A DNA stretch of 64,000 nucleotides from contig NW_025964212.1 of NCBI RefSeq assembly GCF_023055435.1, positions 1,426,001 to 1,490,000 of the forward strand. The letters are read 5' to 3'. A program made the position numbers and the translations under genes. A model generated the notes under the pieces. It worked only from the letters and a program-made list of their open reading frames with translations, was not told the DNA's origin and did not search any database. Positions 12,770 through 27,049 of the stretch are shown here, in pieces. The stretch comes from Haliotis rufescens. Taxonomy: Eukaryota. Positions within the stretch are counted from its first letter, which is position 1. Every line of letters begins with the position of its first letter.

Positions 12770-13310
12770 ATTAATGTGGTACAAAATCACTTTATCAAAC
12801 TGAACACATCATGCTGTATTAAGGTTTCTCCTGCAGGTCACTTTCATTCATTGGACTAGAGGCGGGTGTTCTGTTTACAGACTGACTCTCCAACATTACC
12901 CCGTTGAAAGTTGGCATCGTGTGGCCAGATGAAGGTAAATCAGGAAAGGGTAAAGGGTTAAATATGTTCATAACAAAATCACCGCTGACAAATCAAAGGA
13001 CTGACCTTAGGAAAGGAACCAAGATGTGTCGATAGTGTAGGTAGATAATAAGGAAACTCTGGAAGAACTGTCAATAATGAAACAGAACTGTCAAGAGATT
13101 ACAATGAAGATGCATGGCCTGACAATGGGTTGTAAAGGGGAGACGTCAATGGCCTCTTTCTTCTTTCCTGGTGTGTTCTCTCACCTGCAGGGAATGGTCT
13201 GTCTAGCCCTTGATCTTCACGCCTCGAGGGTTGTGCCAAGTATGGGGGGCCGACTCCTTTCCTTGGATCTTGGTGTTAGCCAGTAGATCCACTCGTACAG
13301 TGTAAAGTTG
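12770..13310 (-). pseudogene. Probable remnant of the convergent YqaJ-type accessory gene of the ISL2EU-like element
   Basis: Minus strand encodes PHTWHNPRGVKIKG (~13205-13250) and a DFVP patch (~12775-12790). Tail-to-tail with the transposase. Confidence 0.5.
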
Positions 13311-13353
13311 CATTTGATTTTAATTTTTAAGAAAAAAGCATACAATACACCTT

Positions 13354-13605
13354 AGTACGGAAGCCTTTTAGGCTAAGTCGAAATTTCAAGATACAAAAGT
13401 TGAAATTTCAAGATATTAAGTTGCAATTTCAAGATACAGAAGTTGAAATTTCAAGATATTAAGTTGAAATTTCAACTTATTATCTTGAAATTTATTATTA
13501 TCTTGAATTTTCAACTTATCTTGAAATTTCAACTTCTGTATCTTGAAATTCAAGATAGTATCAAAAACCAAAAAAACCAAAATGGCCCTAAAAGGCTTCC
13601 GTACT
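13354..13605. mobile_element. MITE with 19-bp TIRs and internal tandem/inverted ~21-bp units
   Basis: AGTACGGAAGCCTTTTAGG ... CCTAAAAGGCTTCCGTACT. Internal AAGTTGAAATTTCAAGATA units switch orientation near 13475. Confidence 0.85.
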
Positions 13606-13736
13606 TTAGCATATGTATATATGATACGACTCATGCATGCATGCATGCATTGCGAGTGCACCATATTTTGAACGATTTAATTATTTCCGAGTTCCTGTCA
13701 GGTAGGCCTCGTGTTCGATTCCCTTATCAATAATAA

Positions 13737-14165
13737 GACCCGTGAAGATACCGGGGTAGAATAGGTCTTCAGCAACCCATGCTTGCCGTAAAGGGTGACT
13801 ATGCTTGTCGTAAAAGGCGACTGACGGGATCGGGTGGTCAGGCTCGCTGACTTGGTTGATTTGTTTCTATAAAATAATTTAGGTTTTCTGATAAGAAAGA
13901 TTGGGTGAGTGATTTGGGTTTAACGCCGCTTTGATTCTGATTAGAAACTGTATGGGAGTTTTTAAGTGATTGACAACTAGAATAAATTTCTCAGTGCTCT
14001 GTTTTTTTATTTAACACCGCCGTCAGCAATGTTATAGATATTTGACGATGTGTAAATCAATGATATTAATCACTGGATTGTCTGGTCCACATTCGATTAT
14101 TTACAGACCGCCGTCACATAGCTGGAATATTGCTGAGCGAGGCGTTGAATAATAAACAAACAAAT
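13737..14165 (+). mobile_element. SINE-like family A split by ~200 bp of other sequence
   Basis: 5' half at 13737-13860 and 3' half at ~14060-14165. Confidence 0.8.
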
Positions 14166-14238
14166 TGATGACAGTATTACGAAATTAGCAAGGTCGATTG
14201 TCGTAAAATTAGTGCAATAAGATTAGCACTGAAATTAA

Positions 14239-14596
14239 GGTGAGGTGAGGTGAATTTGGGCTTAACGTCGCGTCCAAGATTATTGCACTTATATAGCGAC
14301 GTGCATGAACGTGTGTGTGTTTGTGTGGCTGCTTGTACTAGTCCGGACTGATGCCGATTTATAGTGCTAGCTCACTGAGATACCAGGCCGCAGTTTAACA
14401 TGAATACTCCACTCAGACACAGTATACTGACTCCGAGCCGACCAGTCCTTGTTTTTAGCCCCTTAATGCCGAGCGCCAGACAGGGTAACAACAAGTACAA
14501 TCTTTTAACGTCTTTTGGTAAGACGCGGCCGGGGATCGAACCCCGGACCTTCCGCTCTTCGGGCGGACGCTCAACCACTAGACCACGGAGGCGGTC
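14239..14596 (-). mobile_element. SINE family B
   Basis: Near-identical to 11872-12228, with intact A and B boxes on the minus strand. Confidence 0.93.
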
Positions 14597-14748
14597 CTGA
14601 ATTCAAGCATTACTTGCATTGGTTCAACAACAGGAAACATACAATCCGAATGTCTTGGCTGCAACCCCCAGCTTTCCTCGTCTATAAACGTCAGACACTG
14701 TCAACTTATACACGTTCGTAGGAGGTGAAGGATGTATCCAGTATCTAC

Positions 14749-15147
14749 ATCTAGAGGGGATGCAAGACAGACGCTCAAATTATATAGAGACCTCCTATAG
14801 GCTTTAATTTGTTACCGCAGACTGTCTCTTCCGACACTATTTTCTTACATATAAATGCACAATAGCGATGAGGGAGTAAACTCTTTTCAAGTTTGTTGTT
14901 CATACAGTTCTTGAACGGTTTCTTGTGGTCTGTTTATTCTCTGTCCTTGTCGTTTAGATTTGCGTAGGCATCAAGGGGTTCGACCATTTTATTTCTAGAG
15001 GGGATGCAAGACAGACGCTCAAATTATACATAGTACTCCTGTAGGCTTTAAGTAGTTACCGCAGACTGTCTCTTCCGACACTATTTACTTACATATAAAT
15101 AAAGTTTAGATGTGCGTAGGCATCAAGGGGTTCGACCATTTTATTTC
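14749..15147. repeat. Local tandem duplication (~245 bp unit; second copy internally deleted)
   Basis: TCTAGAGGGGATGCAAGACAGACGCTCAAATTATA at ~14750 and ~14994. Both copies end GGCATCAAGGGGTTCGACCATTTTATTTC. Confidence 0.85.
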
Positions 15148-15246
15148 CATTTAATTTGTACCGACAACACACGCACACACACACGCACACTGTTCTATAC
15201 AGTTAAATATAAATGACTGTATAATATAAATGACTATATGGTAGAA

Positions 15247-15514
15247 GACCCGTGAAGATTCCGGGGTAGAATAGGTCTTCAGCAACCCATACTTGCCGTA
15301 AAAGGCGACTATGCTTGTCGTAAAAGGCGACTAACGGGATCGGGTGGTCAGGCTCGCTGACTTGGTTGATAGATGTCATCGATCCCAATTGCGTGGATCG
15401 ATGTTCATGATATTAATCACTGGATTGTCTGGTCCAGACTCGATTATTTACAGACCGCCGTCATATAGCTGGAATATTGCTGAGTGCGACGTTACACAAC
15501 AAACCAAGCAACCA
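15247..15514 (+). mobile_element. SINE-like family A with TSD
   Basis: TSD ACTATATGGTAGAA at 15233-15246 and 15515-15528. Confidence 0.95.
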
Positions 15515-18500
15515 ACTATATGGTAGAAGAGAGTTGTTCTGTATATACTGATCTTGTTTTATAAATTAGCTTTTAATTCACTTTAGTATTTTGTCAGTAA
15601 TGTATATTTGTATACAGCAATGACTTATTGTATTTCTCATTTCAGGCTGCATAAGATGTTTAAGTTTGTTTACAACTTGTCGTAAGAAGCGACAAACGGG
15701 ATTGGGTATATGTCATTATATTTGAATTGGAATTTGTATCCCAAACACGTACCCATATACATACATATAACATGTTTCACATGTTCTCAATTATTGACTT
15801 TCGTATACAGTAAACGGCTCAAATTAATCGTATTTTTTTCGTCGTGGATTATGTCTAAACGTAATCGTCTTACGGTTTCAAAGCATTTACCTTTCAGGCA
15901 GCTGTCAATAACTATCTTGGAATGTATCCAAAGCCATTCGCATACTGATATTACATGGTGTTTACGACAGCAATGCTCGTCATCCATTAGGATATGTTTA
16001 TATATGATATGACTTATGCATGCATTGCGGGCGCGCCGTATTTTGAACGATTTATTTCCGGGTTCCTGTCAGATAGGCCTCGTGTTCGATTCCCTCATGA
16101 ATATTCAGGAAGGAATTTTAAGAATGACGTGTCTGATGTGTCGTTTCATCTTAAATCCAGATCAGGGGATACACCTTTATTTTCCAAGGCAATTCAGACG
16201 TCGGTATAACCAGAAACTAAAAACTCAATAAACACAGGACACTTCCAACAATGTTGCCACGACCTTACATGACAGTGGACAGAGAAAGAGAATATACTGT
16301 TTCAAAAAGATGGTTTAACACTGTTTTTATGATTTTCCAACTTCGCCTAAACGTCACAATAAAACTATGTCTAAACGTAATAGTCTAACTGTTTCAAAGC
16401 ATTTACCTTTCAGGCATCTGTCAATAACTATCTTGGAATGTATCCAAAGCCATTCGCCTACTGATATTATTTGGTGATTACGACAGCAATGCTCGTCACC
16501 CAAATCAAATCCATGTGATACAACACCTGTAATTACCATCATAATACATTGTATCTACACTTCATCTGGTCTGTGCTTTAATCAAAACGTCTTATTTAAA
16601 CGCAAAGAATCTCATAACCTACTTTCGCCTCAATTAACACGATTTCTAAATGACTGTCATTGATCTCGTCTTACATATACATGATAGAGTCTCAGAAGGT
16701 AATTTGTCTGTGATTCTCCGGTTTCAAAACTTAAAAACAACTAAAATGTCACATCCTGCCTTCGCATTTCGAAGGAACAAATCGATAGAGTATTTGCAAT
16801 TTCAGTTTAAAGTTTTAACTTCACATCCAAATGATAGCACTGGGGACAAAGCTATTCGCCCTCAGTATGTGTTGTGCATATTTTGTATACTGTTGGTTTA
16901 GTCTTCGATAAGATGAATTGATTCTTCTGAGTGGAACTTTCTCATCGCCTTGATTTGCATAAGAATGTCTACTGAAGAACACTCAGTGCAAAGTGCTGAG
17001 ACATGTACGTGGTCCTTACACCCATGCTACTTCATATTCCTACGGTAAAGTCCACGTTATACTGGTAATGAAACACGCCTTGGTTTCCGTGGAATGTCAT
17101 CAGGGTGCACGTAATTGACGTAAATGAATGGCTTGGGTTTGTGAAGAAAGTTTAATGTCACGGCATTTAGTGAAACGAGTTGTAATATAAGAGTTGGAGC
17201 TGTAAAAACGGGTATTAGGATTACAGTCACAAAGCGTTTCAGGGGCTACTTTATAAACCTTTCACATTTATAAGACCTCGGTCTAGTGGATAGAGCGTCT
17301 TATCGAAGAGCGAGAAGTCGCTGGTGCGATCCCCTGGCCGCGCCAAACCAGAATACTTTAAGAGATGGTACTTGTTGTTACACTGCCTGTCATTCAGCAT
17401 TTAAGGGATAAAACAAAGACTGGTAGGCGCGGAGTCAGTATAATGTGGGGTGTTCTTGTTAAGCAGAGGTATGGGATTTCAATGGGACCAGACAATCCAG
17501 TGATCGATATTGTGAACACCTATCCACGCCGTAGGTGTACGATGACAAGTAATGAAACACGTCATGGAATGTGACCATCCGATCCATTTGGTCGCCTCTT
17601 ACAGCCAGCATAAGTTGCTGAGGATCTGATCGAACCCAGTTACCCGATGGGGTCCCCGTGAGAGGAAGAATTATTAGTGAACATGTCAATCCGGCATACA
17701 TAGACGCCACTTAATTTATTTCATTTAAGTATCAAACATCTATGCCTTTATATTAACCATCCCATACTTACCTTAGAAAACATTAAGCATCACTCCTTTA
17801 TCTTCATATACACCGAACTTTTTGTTTTATACTGAGTGCGGCGTAAAACAACAAACTAACCAACCAATCATAGCGTCTGTGGTCCAGTCGTCTGATGCAC
17901 AACAGTTCGTTGTCCGGTGTTGCGTTCCTTAGGCGTGCCAGAAACCTATGCTCGACCCTGATTATGATCTTACTAGGTTTGTCGTGCGTTATACTATACT
18001 CTTGTGGTTCATTAAAGAGGTAAACTTGTATGAGCTACATCACTTAGTCCTTTCCTCCCACATTAAGCTGAAACGCCGTGATATAACTGAAATACTCTTA
18101 AAAAGCGGCGTTATACCAAACTGACTCACTAGAATACATTTCAATATGAGTATATCACTTTCTGATAATGTTATTCTGGGTACGATTTTATTAATGATTT
18201 TTCATTTTTGAAAATACACAGAAGGCGGTGCTTCACCTTTTGCAGGTTGCGATAAATGGACTGATCGAATTCAATTCGGAAAACTATAACTACTGTAAGC
18301 TGTGGTATTCACGACCACATGTCAGCTGCAGTCGTTGTTTGTCTGAACAAGCCAATTCAGTGATTGACAGTATGGGCATCGATGTACGCAATTGGTATAC
18401 GATGACATCCATCAACCACTTGCAAGTCCGCGAGTCTGATCACCCGATCCAGTCAGTCGCCTCTTATGACAAGCGCGTGTCATCTGAAGTGTTGATGATG

Positions 18501-19121
18501 TGATAACCACGCTAAGATGGTTTCATTTATGGAGACGCCTTGCAGACCATCGACCAAAACACAGACGTATGGAGCAGCAAATTACCATCAATTCACCAAT
18601 CATGAAACTGAGGTAATAATTAATCAAAGTCGACCACTCGACTTGTACTCGGGGGAGGCCATAATCTCTCAATTTTCTTCCATCCATTGGACACGGACAA
18701 TGTGCGCATTCATATCATTTAACAGGTAAACGGTACGACTTCTCAGCACTAGGACAACACTGTGTATAGAGAAGTCATCAATGTTTTTGCACGAAAGGAC
18801 CAGTCAACAAAAAAATATTGATGAACGGTTGCATGCTGTTTAAAGGGAGACTCCCCTTCAGCACAAGTTTATTTTCCAGTTTTCATATTGTCGTATCAGT
18901 GACTGGGTTTTGTCTTAAACCAGTACTACGGCAGCAAGACTCCAGAAATGGGCTTCGAGCATTGTACCCATGAGGGGTATCCATACCGGGTCGTCTCCCT
19001 GACGAATCTTCCTTGTACAAAGGTAAAATGTTTTGATAATAGCACTAATATTATCCCGAAATTCGTTTTTTTTCGAAGTAGTGCTATATCGAACATGTAA
19101 TTTGTAAAGTTTTCATATACA

Positions 19122-19341
19122 GTTATATGACGGCGGTCTGTAAATAATCGAGTCTGGACCAGACAATCCAGTGATTGATATGAGTATCGATCCATGCAAT
19201 TGGGATCGATGACATGTATCAACCAAGTCAGCGAGCCTGACCACCCGATCCCGTTAGTCGCCTTTTAAGACAAGCATAGTCACCTTTAACGGCAAGTATG
19301 GGTTGCTGAAGACCTATTCTACCGCGGAATCTTCACGGGTC
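19122..19341 (-). mobile_element. SINE-like family A in unit 1 (tail deleted)
   Basis: Same insertion site as 30655-30919. Empty site in unit 2 (~24510). Confidence 0.9.
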
Positions 19342-21607
19342 CATAATAAAGGGAGCTGACCTTGCCACCTAACGGGTGATCCGGTTACCGCGGCTGTGAT
19401 TTAAGCTAGTTGATATTGCAATGACTATTCCTGAAACCTACTTTGTGGTTGACCAGATCCACGCTGATGCCCGTCTCCCAACTTATGTCTTGACATTGTA
19501 ATAAGTGACAAGTGTGAAACTGAGACATTGTTTGTCATAGTTATTACCTAGTTTTGTCTTGTTGCATGTTAAACTTCATAGCAATGTTCTGACTTATGCT
19601 ATATGTCAGTGGAGACTGTTGTAAATTGTGTTGCTAGAGGCAGCAAAAGATTGAAGCGCTAGTAAAATATCGAGCGTTGTCGGCGTTAGCAAGTGGAAAT
19701 TAAAGTTTCCGTCCTTGTTTATGAACACAGCGCGTATTTCTCTGTGCGTGACACCTTCGTTACACGCCTGATAAAACGCTGCCGCCAGTGTGGACACGGC
19801 TATAACAAGAATCTTGTAGTTTGCCCTCTGTCTCCAAATGTAGTGATACCTAACATTTTGTGTCTCTTTGGGAATGCCAAAAGTTATTTAATTAAGTTGT
19901 TTAATTTTAAAGAAAGGTTTACGACAGACTTTACGATGGTTCAATATTCTTGATTACCGGAAAAGCACTAAACTACCTACTTTTATTCTTACTGTATAAA
20001 TTACTGTATGTGTTAGTTAAGATGCAATAAAATTTCGAAAAACAAAATAATTTAGCTGATGGAATAGTGTTCGGCGTCAAGACAGTCATCGCTGATAGAG
20101 CCCACCTATGAAAGCAGTGAGTAGTGACTGGAGGCAGTGATTTTACGAGAAGTTAGGCAGGAGAGAGTTTCTGGAAGGTTCGCAGTACTTGTACAAGAGT
20201 GATAAGAGGGCGGTTTGAGGCCAGGTGCGGTTTGCATACCTCATTGTAAACACCGAACTCCTGCAAGCTTCCAACACTATCTCAGATTCGAGAACAGAGA
20301 CGTGACAAAAACATCTGAACATTCGTGAGTGCACTCACATTACTTACACGGCCTGCTACTTATTGCTGCTGCCACTTTTTGGACACACAGTGTTGCCTTA
20401 AGTGACTGTAAATCTAACATTGTGTGTTTCCACATAATAGATTGATTATTCATTGATCTTGTGTGGTCATTTTCTGATTTCACAATTTAGTTCTCTACGT
20501 ACCAATTTCTGGGTTAACCTTTGCGTTTCAATTCGTCACCTCAGACCACTGCCTTGTTTGATACGGTTTATCAATATGATTATTCTAATAATATCAATGT
20601 CATATTGTTCTTCCAATAGGCATATTTCATAACAATTTGCTTTACGTATTTTGTTTGAAATATAAGAAACCCACGTAAATCTTTGATTCACTCTTTGAGA
20701 AAACATGAGAACAAACACGCCCTACAGTAGTTTATAATTTTTAGTTTCTATCATGGATTTTGTCTCTTGCTTTGAGGTTTGAAAGCCAGACAGTGATTAT
20801 ATATTCTAATTAAAAAGTTCTGACTGGTCTTTAATAATGAGGAATCTTTGTAGGATTTCAATTTGGAATATGTCACACCTTAAAGGCATATCACTGTAAA
20901 GCAGACAAATACATAGACATGCATTATTATAAATACGCAATCAATACCGCCATCCAGACGAGAGACAGATCAGTTTATGGAGGATACGAAATGATAAACA
21001 ATAAACAATATATTATGTATACTCATGTATCAGAATCGTCAACAACAAACATACGTTCACATATACATACAAGCAAACATACATACAATATGTTTAATAA
21101 TCTACCCATTGATGGACTTTCGTATATTTGTACATAACTTATATTATCCATATCATTTTCGTCGTGGATTGTGTCTAAACGTTATCGTCTTACTGTTTCA
21201 AAGCATTTACCTTTCAGGCACCTATCAATAACTATCTTGAAATGTATCTCAAGTCATTCGCCTACTTGTATTTCACAGTGATTATTTCAGCTTAGACAGC
21301 AATGCAACTCATCATCCAAATCAATTCATTGATCTAACAATTGTAATTACCATCACCATACTTAGTGTCTACTCTCTATCTGTTCTGTGCTTTAATCAAA
21401 CTGGTTCTCCTCAGCAAGACGTCTTATTGAAACCAACCTTGTCCAATGTTAACACGATTTCTAAATGACTGTCATTGATCTCGTCTTACATATACATGAT
21501 AGAGTCTCAGAAGGTAATTTGTCTGCGATTTTCCTGTTTCAAAACCTGAAAACAACTAAAATGTTACATCCTGCCTTCACATTTCGAAGGAACAAATCGA
21601 TAGAGTA

Positions 21608-22093
21608 TTTGCAACTTCAGTTTAAAGTATTAACTTCACATTCAAATGATAGCACTGGGGACATAGCTGTTCGCCCTCAGTATGTGTTGTGCATATTTTG
21701 TATACAGTTGGTTTAGTCTTCGATAAGATGAATTGATTTTCTGAGTGGAACTTTCTCATCGCCTTGATTTGCAATTTCAGTTTAAAGTATTAACTTCATA
21801 TTCAAATGATAGCACTGGGGACATAGCTGTTCGCCCTCAGTATGTGTTGTGCATATTTTCTATACAGTTGGTTTAGTCTTCGATAAGATGAATTGATTTT
21901 CTGAGTGGAACTTTCTCATCGCCTTGATTTGCAATTTCAGTTTAAAGTATTAACTTCATATTCAAATGATAGCACTGGGGACATAGCTGTTCGCCCTCAG
22001 TATGTGTTGTGCATATTTTCTATACAGTTGGTTTAGTCTTCGATAAGATGAATTGATTTTCTGAGTGGAACTTTCTCATCGCCTTGATTTGCA
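21608..22093. repeat. Three tandem copies of a 160 bp unit, unique to duplication unit 2
   Basis: TTGCAA(C/T)TTCAGTTTAAAGTATTAAC recurs at ~21609, 21769 and 21929. Confidence 0.95.
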
Positions 22094-22902
22094 TAAGTAT
22101 GTCTACTGAAGAACACTCAGTGCAAAGTGCTGAGACATGTACGTAGTCCTTACACCAATGCTACTTCATATTCCTACGGTAAAGTCCACGTTATACTGGA
22201 AATGAAACACGCCTTGGTTTCCGTGGAATGTCATCAGGGTGCACGTAATTGACGTAAATGAATGGCTTGGGTTTGTGTAGAAAGTTTAATGTCACGGCAT
22301 TTGGTGAAATGAGTTGTAATTTAAGAGTTGGAGCTGTAAAAACGGGTAATAGGATTACAGTCACGAAGCGTTTCAGGGGCTACTTTATAAACCTTTCACA
22401 TTTATAAGACCTCGGTCTAGTGGATAGAGCGTCTTATCGAAGAGCGGGAAGTCGCTGGTGCGATCCCCTGGCCGCGCCAAACCAGAATACTTTAAGAGAT
22501 GGTACTTGTTGTTACCCTGCCTGTCATTCAGCATTAAAGGGATAACACAAAGACTTGTAGGCGCGGAATCAGTGTAATGTGGGGTGTTCTTGTTAAGCAG
22601 AGGTATGGGATTTCAATGGGACCAGACAATCCAGTGATCGATATTGTGAACACCTATCCACGCCGTAGGTGTACGATGACAAGTTATGAAACACGTCATG
22701 GAATCTGACCACCCGATCCATTTGGTCGCCACTTACGGCCAGCAGATGTTGCTGAGGATCTAAACGAACCCAGTATCCCGATGGTGAAGTATTTGTGAAC
22801 ATGTCAATCCGGCATACATAGACTCAATTTAATTTTTTTAATTTAAGGATCAAACATCTATGCCTTTATATTAACCATCCTATACACACCTTAGAAAACT
22901 TT

Positions 22903-23151
22903 CGGGGTAGAAGAGGTCTTCAGCAACCCATGCTTGCCGTAAAGATGACTATGCTTGTCGTAAAAGGCAACTAACGGGATCGGGTGGTCAGGCTCGCTGA
23001 CTTGGTTGATGCATGTCATCGATCCCAATTGCGTGATTCGATGCTCATGATATTAATCACTGGATTGTCTGGTCCAGACTCGATTATTTTACAGACCGCC
23101 GTCATATAGCTGGAATATTGCTGAGTGCGGCTTTAAACAACAAACCAACCA
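22903..23151 (+). mobile_element. SINE-like family A, 5'-truncated, unit 2
   Basis: TSD ACCTTAGAAAAC. Shared with 29014 and absent from unit 1 (~17770). Confidence 0.9.
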
Positions 23152-26100
23152 AAAGAAACCTTAGAAAACGTTAAGCATCACTCTCTTATCTTCATATACA
23201 CCGAACTTTTTGTTTCATACTTAGTGCGGCGTAAAACAACAAACCAACAAACCAATCATAGCATCGGTGGTCCAGTCGTCTGATGCACAACAGTTCGTTG
23301 TCCGGTGTTGCGTCCCTTAGGCGTGCCAGAAACCTATGCCCGTCCCTGATAATGATCTTACTAAGTTTGTCGTGCATTATACCGTACTCTTGGGGTTCAT
23401 TTAAGTGGTAAAGTTGTATGAGCTACATCACTCAGTCTAACTGAAATACTCTTAAAAGCGGCGTTAAACCAAACTGACTCACCAGAATACGTTTCAATAT
23501 GAGGATATCACTTTCTGATAATGTTATTCTGGGGAGGATTTTATTAATGATTTTTCATTTTTGAAAATACACAGAAGGCGGTGCTTCACCTTTTGCAGGT
23601 GGCGACATTATAGACTGATCGAATTCAACTGGGAAAACTATAACTACTGTAAGCTGTAGTATTCACGACCACATGTCAGCTACAGTCGTTGTTTGTCTGA
23701 ACAAGCCAGTGATTGACAGTATGGGCATCGATGTACGCAATTGGTATACGATGACATCCATCAACCACTTGCAAGTCCGCGACTCTGATCATCCGATCCA
23801 GTCAGTCGCCTCTTATGACAAGCGCGTGTCATCTGCTGTGTTGATGATGTGATAACCACGCTAAGATGGTTTCATTCATGGAGACGCCTTGCAGACTATC
23901 GACCAAAAGACAGAAGTATGGAGCAGCAAATTACCATCAATTCACCAATCATGAAACTGAGGTAATAATTAATTAAAGTCGACCACTCGGCCTGTACTCG
24001 GGGGAGGCCATAATCTCTCAATTTTCTTCCATCCATTGGACACGGACAATGTGCACATTCATATCATTTAACGGGTAAACGGTACGAATTCTCAGCAGTA
24101 GAACAACACTGTGTATAGTGCAGTGATCAATGTTTTTGCACGAAAGTCAACAAAAAATATTGATGAACGGTTGCATGCTGTTTAAAGGGAGACTCCCCTT
24201 CAGCACAAGTTTATTTTCCAGTTTTCATATTGTCGTATTAGTGACTGGGTTTTGTCTTAAGCCAGTATTACGGCAGCAAGACGTCAGAAATGGGCTTCGA
24301 GCATTGTACCCATGAGGGACATCCATACCGGGTCGTCTCCCTGACGAATCTTCCATGTACAAAGGTAAAATGTTTTGATAATAGCACTAATATTGACATT
24401 CTCCCAAAATTGTTTTTTTTCGAAGTAGTGCTATATCTAACATGTTATTTGTAAAGTTTTAATATACAAATGTTCATATTGTCGCCTAAGTTCCGAGATT
24501 AAGCATCATTGTAATAAAAGTAGCTGATCTTGCCACCAAAAGATGATCCGGTTACCGTGGCAATGATTTAAGGTAGTTGATATTGCTATGACTATACCTG
24601 AAGCCTACTTTGTGGTTGACCAGATCCACGCTGATGCCCATCTCCAACTTATGTCTTGACATTGTAATACGTGTCAAGTGTGAAACTGAGACATTGTATG
24701 TCTAGTGAGGGAAATCATCAACAGCTACAAAGTGATTGTGGTAACATGATGTCATATCTGTTGAAAAATTCATCTTCGGTTACAGATTTGGCCATTGAAT
24801 TCATAGAACAAATATGCCCATTTTTGGTGTAATTGAACCATAACTATGTACTTGTGGTTGTTCGAGGTTAAGAAAGGAGTATATTAAAGCAATGTCAGTT
24901 ATTTTAACATTTCCATAGTCATTTTTTTCAGAATATATTTTGTGGGATATTATTTCTTCTCTTTTGAGCTGGCGGACAAATCAGGCTTTAGGGAAACAAA
25001 TCAAACATGCTAGGATTGGCAATGGTCTCCTTTGAATAAAAAGAGTTCAATGTGGTACAATGACATACATGGTTGTGATGGTGATAAGGAGAACACACAG
25101 TTATTACCTAGTTCGGTCTTGTTACATGTTAGACTTCATAGCAATGTTCTGACTTATGCTATATGTCAGTGGAGACTGTTGTAAATTGTGTTGCTAGAGG
25201 CAGCAAAAGATTGAAGAGCTAGTAAAACGTCGAGCGTTGTCGGCGTTAGAGAGTGGAAATTAAAGTTTCCGTCCTTGTTTATGAACACAGCACGCTATTT
25301 CTCTGTGCGTAACACCTTCGTTACACACCTGATAAAACGCTGCCGCCAGTGTGGACACGGATAGCTATTGCAAGTATCTTGTAGTTTGCCCTCTGTCTCC
25401 GAATGTAGTGACATATACAATTTGTGTGTCTCTTTGGAAATGCCAAAAGTTATTGTAGAGAATTTTAAAGAAAGGTTTACGACAGACTTTACGATGGTTC
25501 AAGATTCTTGATTACCGGAAAAGCACTAAACTTCCTACTTATATTCTTACGGTATAAATTACGTGTTAGTTAAGAAGCAATAGAATGTCGAAAAACAAAA
25601 TAATTTAGCTGATGGAAGAGTGTTCGGCGTCAAGACAGTCATCGCTGATTGTGCCCGCCAATGAAAGCAGTGAGGAGTGACTGGAGGCAGTGATTTTTCG
25701 AGAAGTTAGGAAGGAGAGAGTTTCTGGAAGGTTCGCAGTACTTGTACAAGAGTGATAAGAGGGCGGTTTCAGGCCAGGTGCGGTTTGCATACCTCGTTGT
25801 AAAAGCCGAATTCCTGCCAGCTTCCAACACTATCTCAGATTCGAGAACGGAGACGTGACAAAAACATCTGAACATTCGTGAGTGCACTCACATTACTTAC
25901 ACGGCCTGCTACTTATTGCTGCTGCCACTTTTTGGACACACTGTGTTGCCTTAAGTGACTGTAAATCTAACATTGTGTGTTTCCACATAATAGATTGATT
26001 ATTCATTGATCTTGTGTGGTCTTTTTTTGATTTCACGATTTAGTTCTCTACGTACCAATTTCTAGGTAAACCTTTGCGTTTCAATTTGTCACCTCGAACC

Positions 26101-27049
26101 ACTACCTTGTTTGATACAGTTGATTAAAATGATTATTCTAATTATATCAATGTCATATTGTTCTTCCAAAAGACATATTTCATAACAATTTGCTTTACGT
26201 ATTTTGTTTGAAATATAAGAAACCCACGTAAACCTTTGATTCTCTCTTTGAGAAAACATGAGAACAAACACGCCCTACAGTGGTTTATAATTTTTAGTTT
26301 CTATCATGGATTTTGCCTATTGCTTTAAGGTTTGAAAGCCAGACAGTCTGGAATATGTGACACCTTAAAGGCATATCACTGTAAAACTGACAAATACATA
26401 GACATGCATTAATTAGATATACACTATCAATACCGCCATCCAGATGAGAGACAGATCAGTATCTGGAGGATACGAAATAATAAACAATATATTATGTATA
26501 TGTATGTATCAGAATCTTTGTATTTTAAAGTGTCACCAATATCAATTTCATCCTCAGTGTATTCTTAAGCCATTTACCATTTGAGGATTTCTACTTGTAT
26601 GTTTTAGCTTTTTTTAAACAAATCAACAGGTAAATCATTATGATGTTCATTAATAGATGAAAATTGAATACTACTAATCATGCTTTTATGCAAAACGGTG
26701 CGTCAAGGACAGTAAGAATGCACAGCGACACCTACTTTTATCATTTGGACAAATACATTGAATCAGTTGGATGTTAATTACTCCTATCTCAGTAAAATGC
26801 CATCAATTCAGAACTTTGTACTTCACTTCAGCTCCGTGCATGTGATCATTGTGTGACCGCATATTGTGGGAAGAGCACTCCAATCGACCCAAAGTCGAAG
26901 ATGTTTACAACATTACATGAGCACGCTGCACTGAACCTCTGTGTGGGCAGGCATGTGTCGCAATATATCGTTAATGTTTGTATTTACTTGTTCTCCAGTC
27001 ATTTAGGCTTTATTTGCAAAATACAGCTCAATTTAAATACAATACACAG

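Noticed and set aside
13354-13605. CRISPR-like array
   Set aside because: No unique spacers. The units are tandem and inverted inside TIRs, in eukaryotic DNA.
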